Assembly (NCBI RefSeq): GCF_009914755.1
Contig: NC_060927.1
DNA from: the human T2T-CHM13v2.0 reference genome, Homo sapiens
DNA length: 64,000 bases
Direction: 5' to 3' (one strand)
Shown here in pieces: positions 56,881-64,000 of the stretch. Each line of letters opens with the position of its first letter. The first letter of the stretch is position 1. The position numbers and the translations under genes are program-made. The notes beneath the pieces are model-generated. The model ran no database searches. It was not told the DNA's origin and worked only from the letters and a program-made list of their open reading frames with translations.

Positions 56881-57147
56881 ACCTATAAACCCAACACTGT
56901 GAGAGGTTGAGGCACAAGGATCACTTGAGGCCAAAAATTTGAGATCAGCCAGGCAATACAGCAAGACCTCATTTCTACAGAAATAAAAATAAATTAGTTG
57001 GGTGTGGTGGTATGTAGTAGTCCCAGCTACTTGGGAGGCTGAGGCAGGAGGATTGCTTGAGCCCAGGAGTTCAAAGCTGCAATGAGCTATGATGGTAGTA
57101 CTGCTCTCCAACCTGGGTGACAGAGTGAGATCTTGTAAGAAAAAAAA
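56881..57147 (+). mobile_element. AluJ, slightly 5'-truncated
   Basis: GGATTGCTTGAGCCCAGGAGTTCAAAGCTGCAATGAGCTATGAT; degenerate TSD GAAACCCTAAACAC/GAAGCCCAAACAC encloses the Alu and its expanded tail. Confidence 0.88.
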
Positions 57148-57308
57148 GAAGGAAGGAAGGAAAGAAAGAAAAGAAAGAAGGAAAGGAAAGGGAAGGAAAG
57201 GAAAGGAAAGGAAAGGAAAGGAAAGGAAAGGAAAGGAAAAGAAAGGCAAGGCAAGGCAAGGCAAGGCAAGAAGGGAAGGGCAGGGAAGGGCAGGGCAGGG
57301 AAGAGAAG
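57137..57308 (+). repeat. Compound purine-rich Alu-tail repeat: AAGG/AAAG, (GAAAG)n, (GCAAG)5, AAGGG/CAGGG
   Basis: (GAAAG)8 at 57196-57235, (GCAAG)5 at 57246-57270, six NNGGG units at 57271-57300. Confidence 0.95.
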
Positions 57309-57830
57309 CCCAAACACTACACTAAAAAACCCTCAGAACTAATCACCAAATTCAGTAAGGATGCAGGGTTACAAAATCAATATACAAAAATCAGTAGCAT
57401 TTATATAGGCTAATGGAGAACTATGTAAAAAAGAAATCAAGAAAACAATCCCATTTACAATAGCTGTAAAAAAATATATAAAATACCCAGGAATAACAAA
57501 TGAGGTAAAAGATTACCACAATGAAAAATATAAAACATTGCTGAAAGAAACTGAAGACGACACAAATAAACCAAAAGATATCCCATGTTCACGGATTGGA
57601 AGAATTACTATTTTAAAATCTCCATACTACCCAAAGCTAACTACAGACTCAATGCAATCCCTATTAAAATATCAATGACATTCTTCACAGAAATTGAAAA
57701 ATAATCCTAAAATGTGTATGGAACCACAACAGATCCCGAAAAGCCAAAGCAATCAAGCAAAAAGAACAAAGCTGGAGGCATCACACCACTTAGCTTCAAA
57801 GTATACTATAAAGCTATAGTAAACAAACCA

Positions 57831-58120
<290 letters not shown>

Positions 58121-58383
58121 AAAAAAACCAGCATAGTATTGGCATAAAAACAGATACATAGTCCAGTGGAACAAAACAGAGAGTCCAGAAACAAATCCAC
58201 ACATTTGTAGCCAACTGATTTTCAACAAAGATACGAAGTATACACAATGGGGAAAGGATAGTCTCTTCAATAAATGGTACTGGGAAAACTGGATATCTAC
58301 ATATAGAAGAAATAAATTAGACCCTATCTCTCACCATATACAAAAGTTAACTCAAAATTGTCTAAAAACTAAAATGTAAAATC

Positions 58384-58470
58384 CCCGGAGGCGGAGGTTG
58401 CAGTGAGCTGAGATCGCCTGCACTCCAGCAAGACTCCATCTCAAAAAAATAAATAAAAATAAATAAATAA
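58384..58470 (+). mobile_element. Short Alu 3' fragment with internal deletions and (AAAT)n tail
   Basis: GGAGGCGGAGGTTGCAGTGAGCTGAGATCGC...GACTCCATCTCAAAAAA. Confidence 0.8.
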
Positions 58471-60659
58471 ATTTTTAAATTTTAAAAAAAAGATTTGTAA
58501 GTGAATAGTGCTCCAAGCACCAACACAAGCTCTCCTATTCATTAGGTACTTCCATGCACTTACCCTGTTTATATGCTCAAGGTCTTTGTAGGGCTTGTTT
58601 TACAGTTCACTAGACTGAATCTTCTATGAATCAATCCTACTGGAAACTCAAGGACAAAACAAACTCCAAACAATTCTTAAGCTTATTTTCAATAATCATA
58701 TTATGGGTAGTAATGTTGGTATTTATTTCTTGTTTATATCTGTGTCTCCAGCACCTAGGACCATGTAGGCAATTTAAAACTGACGCACTGGAGATCCAAT
58801 AAAAAGCTTATCAAAATGATCACCTAATACACACGTACACCTAATTTCCACATCTAAGTGCTCCATGTCTTTCTCACACACACACATACATACACAGGGC
58901 AAAATGCAAATGTGGTTTAAGTTTTTCCAAATTAAATGTTTAAAATTGATATGTGTCCTTACCCAAATGTACTTTTTGAATTTGGATGAGAATGAGGTTG
59001 AAAAGTTGACAAATCCTCATGCCACTCCCTCAGTGACACCTAGGTCTCTGAACATCCCCAGCAGTTCTGTGACCCCTCCTGATCATTTCTTTCCCTCCTT
59101 CTGGTACTACTCTTAGAAGAGCTGTCAAAGACAGTCATCGCTATGGAGAGAGCTGACCCTTCTGGCCCTGGCATTGCTGGGGCTGGGCAAAGGAGTCACA
59201 CTCAGTAAATGAGGAGTTGGATCTTCTCTTTTCCTTCACATTTGACCAGATCTTAATAACCAAACACAGAATCTGTCCCGTTTCAAATTAGCAACTGCCA
59301 AGTAGTATTGTAGGAGCCAGACGTTGTTCTGTTATAGTCATAAGGATTTAAGAAATCATCTACGTTTGAAAATTTTAAAAAATGCAATAAAATAAATTTC
59401 ACAGACCTCAAGGTAGAAATGCTTGCAATAATGCCAAACTCCTAAAGTTAAAATGATCCTTAACTACACAACTTATTACCTCAAGTTGTATTCCTCCCTT
59501 TTTCTTAATAAGACAAAAGGAGGAAAGTATATGTCTGCATGGAATAAATATCTGTATTTAATTTAAGAAAGATAAAAGTTCGTATGAAAATGGGTGAAAA
59601 ATCCTTGCAGAAGCCCTGCTATTTAACTTCACTCTTGACATTTTGGTTTGCTGTGTAAATATACGTAAAGAAACCCAACTACAGCAAATATTAGCCCTTT
59701 TCCAGGGGAATGGAGGGAAGTGTGACAAACGTGGATCCAGTGTCAGGAAAGCATAATCACAATGTAAACTGGTTATTTCCAAATGGTGCCCCTCCAAAGA
59801 AAAAGAAGGGAATGGAAGTACTTAATAAATTCTGTTTTCCATAAAATTCATTTTAAAAAGAGTAAAGAATGTGAACTCGGGGGTCAGTAAGAGTTTTGTT
59901 GGATTTCCCTCCTCCTAAATTCTGTCATCTCCTTTTTAAAGTGGCCAGTCAGCTTCCCACAGACATGACAGAAATACATTCTTTTTCTTCCTGCAAACCA
60001 TTTACCAGTAAGTAACACTTAGCAGAGGACATGTATTTTCTCACAGACGATTGGCTAATTGGATATTGTCGCTTCCACTTGCAGCTTAATATATTATAGA
60101 CAATGCCTTTTTCAAACAGAAGTATAAACAAACAAAAGCACTAATGATCCATTCATTTTCTTTCAAAGAAAATAAAGAGCTCTGACTCGATACCTCTACA
60201 CCCCAAAACAATGGACACAGATTATGAACAGATTTAATGTAGAAATTAAAGTGATTCTGTTATCTTAATTACATATTTGGTCATACAGGTCAAATAACAT
60301 CCTAATGAGCTCAAAAAGAAGGTCCAAATTCTTTTGTTCCACTGGAAAAATAAGTTGCTCAAAATACATTGACAATGGGCTAAGGTTTGGAAAGTTTTTG
60401 ATTAAAAAAGGATTTTTGTTGGAACACTTATAATGAGATTTGAGTTGCAGTAACAATATGAAATTGAAAGCAGAATTACATACAAAAAGAGTACTGTAAA
60501 ATATCATTATTTTAGTACAATGGAAAATAAGGTGTTTGTGGTTTTACTCTATAAATTCTGTGTTGTCTGCTCATATGTATTCCTTCTTGGCCTTCCTCTG
60601 AATAGCCATTCTGATTTCCAAGCCCTTCTGCACCAGTACTCATTTGTGGTGGGGGGACC

Positions 60660-60706
60660 CACACAAAAAACATCTCCTAGGCTCTACTTTCTTCCTCCAT
60701 TTTATT
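60660..60706 (-). promoter_or_regulatory. Candidate intronic polyadenylation signal in ERC2 sense
   Basis: Minus strand AATAAA at 60706-60701, then 28 nt, then GU-rich TGTTTTTTGTGTG. Motif evidence only. Confidence 0.3.
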
Positions 60707-62059
60707 GGCTTTTCAGGACGAATTCATGTACACCCATCACATTGGTGTTCAGTTACCGGGCAGACAATGAATTTTCCTAATCCATTTAGTGTGCTGACAG
60801 AGCCATGTTCACAATTTATAGAATTTCCTTTTAGACATTTACGTATTTCACAGTTCATTAAGATTCAAACTGAACACCTGTGTTTATAAAGTCAAAAGCA
60901 ATTTTATCCTAACAAGGTGTTAAATAAGGCGTTCTCTGAAAGCCTGAACAACAATAACAACAACAAAAGTACTAGACTCTTGACCTGTAGAACAAAATGA
61001 TGCCTGTAGCTACCTGCACCATCCTTTAATAGTCCAGAATTTGCCACAGAACAACCATAAAAAGCTTTTATGACAAACTTGGGATGCTCCCTTCCATCAC
61101 ATTTCAATTTCTCCATCACAGGTCTTTCATGTTCTGCCTTAAGAAAGCAATAGCATGAGGCCACTCTGCAAAGTTCACCCAGGTAGCTAAAATCTGCAAA
61201 AGAGCTTAAAAACTTTAGAAGGTAAATGTGGCCCCTATAGACAATTCCTTCATTTGCTAGATACAGGGACATTTTCCGCATTCTAAGGCTCACAAAGCCT
61301 GACCTTGCCTCATTTGTATGTGACCCCAAAGTTTTCACATCATTAATAAAAAGAGAATCAAAACAAAGCCTACAGACATTAGGGGAGGGGAAAGTGTGTT
61401 GTTTGGCACTACCATCATCCATACTCTCAAAATGGAAAGGGAAAAAAATAAAATGCACATAGACGAGGTGGTGACCCCTATAACGACTATGGTTCCCAAC
61501 ATTTTTTTTCCTACTGGTAATAAACCATTTTGCAGACCTCCCAATTGTGGCCACCATGATAGTTACTGTTTTGCAGGTTTATGTCTTTTTCTTGTAGTTA
61601 GAAGTGTTATCAATAAAAATTTCAAATGAAGCCTTTCCCGTCAAATAAAAACATTTTAAAATGTGAAGCCAACAGCAGGATTAGGGAGGAAAAATACAAA
61701 TGACACCAGGGCTTTGTTTTGTATATATATTTTTCTTTTACCAAGTCCCTTAATTGATTAGTTTTAAAGACATTCCTTGCAAGTCTTGAAAGTGAGATAA
61801 ATGCATCCTAAATGGCACTGGGGTAATTTAACAGTCTTAAAAGTTGATTTTGTTGTATGCTACTAACTTTTCTAAAAAGCATCTTAATTTTGAATGCAGT
61901 GACTATGAAGGGCATTAAACAAAAAGCTATCTCAGAAAGGACATTTAAATATTATCCTTTGAAGGCTGAACTGATTAAAAAGGACTTTACTGCTTGCCAG
62001 TCAATTATGGCAAGGGGTGAAAAAAACCTGAAATTATTGTTTAAAAGTAAACTGGTTAC

Positions 62060-62373
62060 TAAAGGATAGGAGAAGAGGGGTGAGGGGCGAAAGGGAAAGG
62101 TTGGTTAACAGATACAAAATTACAGCTAGATAGGAGGAATAAATTCTAGCGTTCTGTAGCACTGTAAGGTGACCACAGTTAACAATAATTTATTGTATAC
62201 TTTCAAACAGCTAGAGAGGATTTCTAAGGTTCCCAACACAAAAAAATGATAAACATTTGTGGTGACAGATATGTTAATTACCATGAATTGATCACTACAC
62301 ATTGTTGACATGTATCAAAATCACCGTACCCCATAAATATGTACAATTATTACACGTCAATTAAAAAAGTAAA
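62060..62373 (+). mobile_element. L1MA 3' end
   Basis: TACAAAATTACAGCTAGATAGGAGGAATAAATTCTAG...CCCCATAAATATGTACAATTATTA. Confidence 0.85.
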
Positions 62374-62906
62374 AGATCACTTCTTGTAAATCCCACCTTA
62401 TATGCTATGGCAAATACTATTTCCAACCATTTAAAAAACTCTTTTGCTCCAAATGGGTCAGTCCCAATGAATAAGTAGTTCTTTTAAGTATTTGGAATAG
62501 TTTGCAAAGCCCCGTGTGAATGCATACAGTCCCACAGTCCCTGGAGGCCACAAAGCATTCCCAACTCCTTGTCATGGTTACCTTTAATGCCCAAGAGTTG
62601 TAGCTTTACCAAGAACTGGGGGACAGAGGGCCCATCTCAAGGCAAATAAACTGAGAAGCAAGGCCATGTAAAATGTGTTCTTTTCTCCATGTAACAACAT
62701 TTTCATTCTCAAAAGTTTGGTTTTTATGATTCATCTTGCAAACTGACAGCCCAAGTCTGCTCTCTAGTTTGTGTTATCACACTGAGTCATCTGTGACTCA
62801 GAGACAGAAAAATGCTGCCACGGGCTCAGAAAACACCTCCTCCTCCACCAGCACCTTACACAACCTCCCTGAAGAAATTATCATTGCTGCTTCTGTTAAA
62901 AATTCA

Positions 62907-63044
<138 letters not shown>

Positions 63045-63540
63045 TTACTATAAATGTACGACATGTGCATCATCATAGAAAATTTAAAGATCACCTGGGT
63101 ATCCAACAATCAGAGAGAACAAAGTCATACACAGCCATCCATTCTTTTATTTGTTTTTACATAGTGTGCATGCATATATGAATATATGTGTATGTATGTG
63201 TATGTTTGTATATATATAAACGTCTTTAAACATATTTAAGGAAATAAAAACTAAATATTATATGATAAACTTTTCTTAATATACTAGGATTCTAAACTTC
63301 CTGAAAACAATACCCTCCCTAGAGTTTGGGCAATGACCTTCATTATTATGGCCATAGTGTCACTATTATTATAGCCATAATGTTACCACGAGGATTTAAG
63401 CCTCAGAGTTATTCATTCTTATCCCCCTTCTTAGCCATGTCAGAGTTATGCCTAGAAAGCATTCTTGAAAATTCCGTGAACTCACCTGTCAAGACAGAAT
63501 TATAAAACTTGCCACAAATTTTGCCTTTAAGATTAAATGA

Positions 63541-63892
<352 letters not shown>

Positions 63893-64000
63893 TCAGTCCA
63901 CTGGGACTCTCATGGAAATCACTAGATTCCTAGTTAAAGGCATTTGGAGCTGGGAACCCAGACATTGCCATTTACCTCTGTATGACCTTGAGCAAGTTAT

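Noticed and set aside
56875-57325. Low-complexity F/P/L/S-rich and K/G/R-rich ORFs
   Set aside because: Translations of the pentanucleotide repeat.
61420-61456. In-frame acceptor with a long pyrimidine tract inside the 217-aa ORF (exon start 61425)
   Set aside because: The acceptor is GAG, and G at -3 is strongly disfavoured.
61549-61597. Near-perfect Kozak GCCACCATG on the plus strand
   Set aside because: Opens only a 13-codon ORF, with no promoter evidence.

Overview
Primate, most likely human, genomic DNA lying inside the neuronal active-zone scaffold gene ERC2 (CAST1/ELKS2), which is transcribed on the minus strand. Only one coding exon falls in the window (11204-11371, 168 nt, phase 0/0), and the ORF track misses it. 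The rest is intron: old interspersed repeats (L2, MIR, L1M, MaLR and ERV LTRs, hAT MITEs), Alus, younger L1 fragments, microsatellites and a 3'-truncated, tailless 7SK retrocopy with a perfect 15-bp target-site duplication (TSD). I found no prokaryotic features and cannot support a wholly new biological system. The observations most worth checking are: (i) a ~132-bp, ~93%-identical inverted repeat around a 656-bp spacer; (ii) an Alu-tail pentanucleotide tract passing through AAAGG/AAGGC/AAGGG/AGGGC, as at the RFC1/CANVAS locus; (iii) a cluster of four nested or adjacent LTRs; (iv) several cryptic microexon or terminal-exon candidates in ERC2 sense; (v) a 217-codon ORF followed by a well-formed poly(A) signal. 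Repeat subfamily names come from recalled consensus sequences, not a search, and boundaries without a TSD are approximate.
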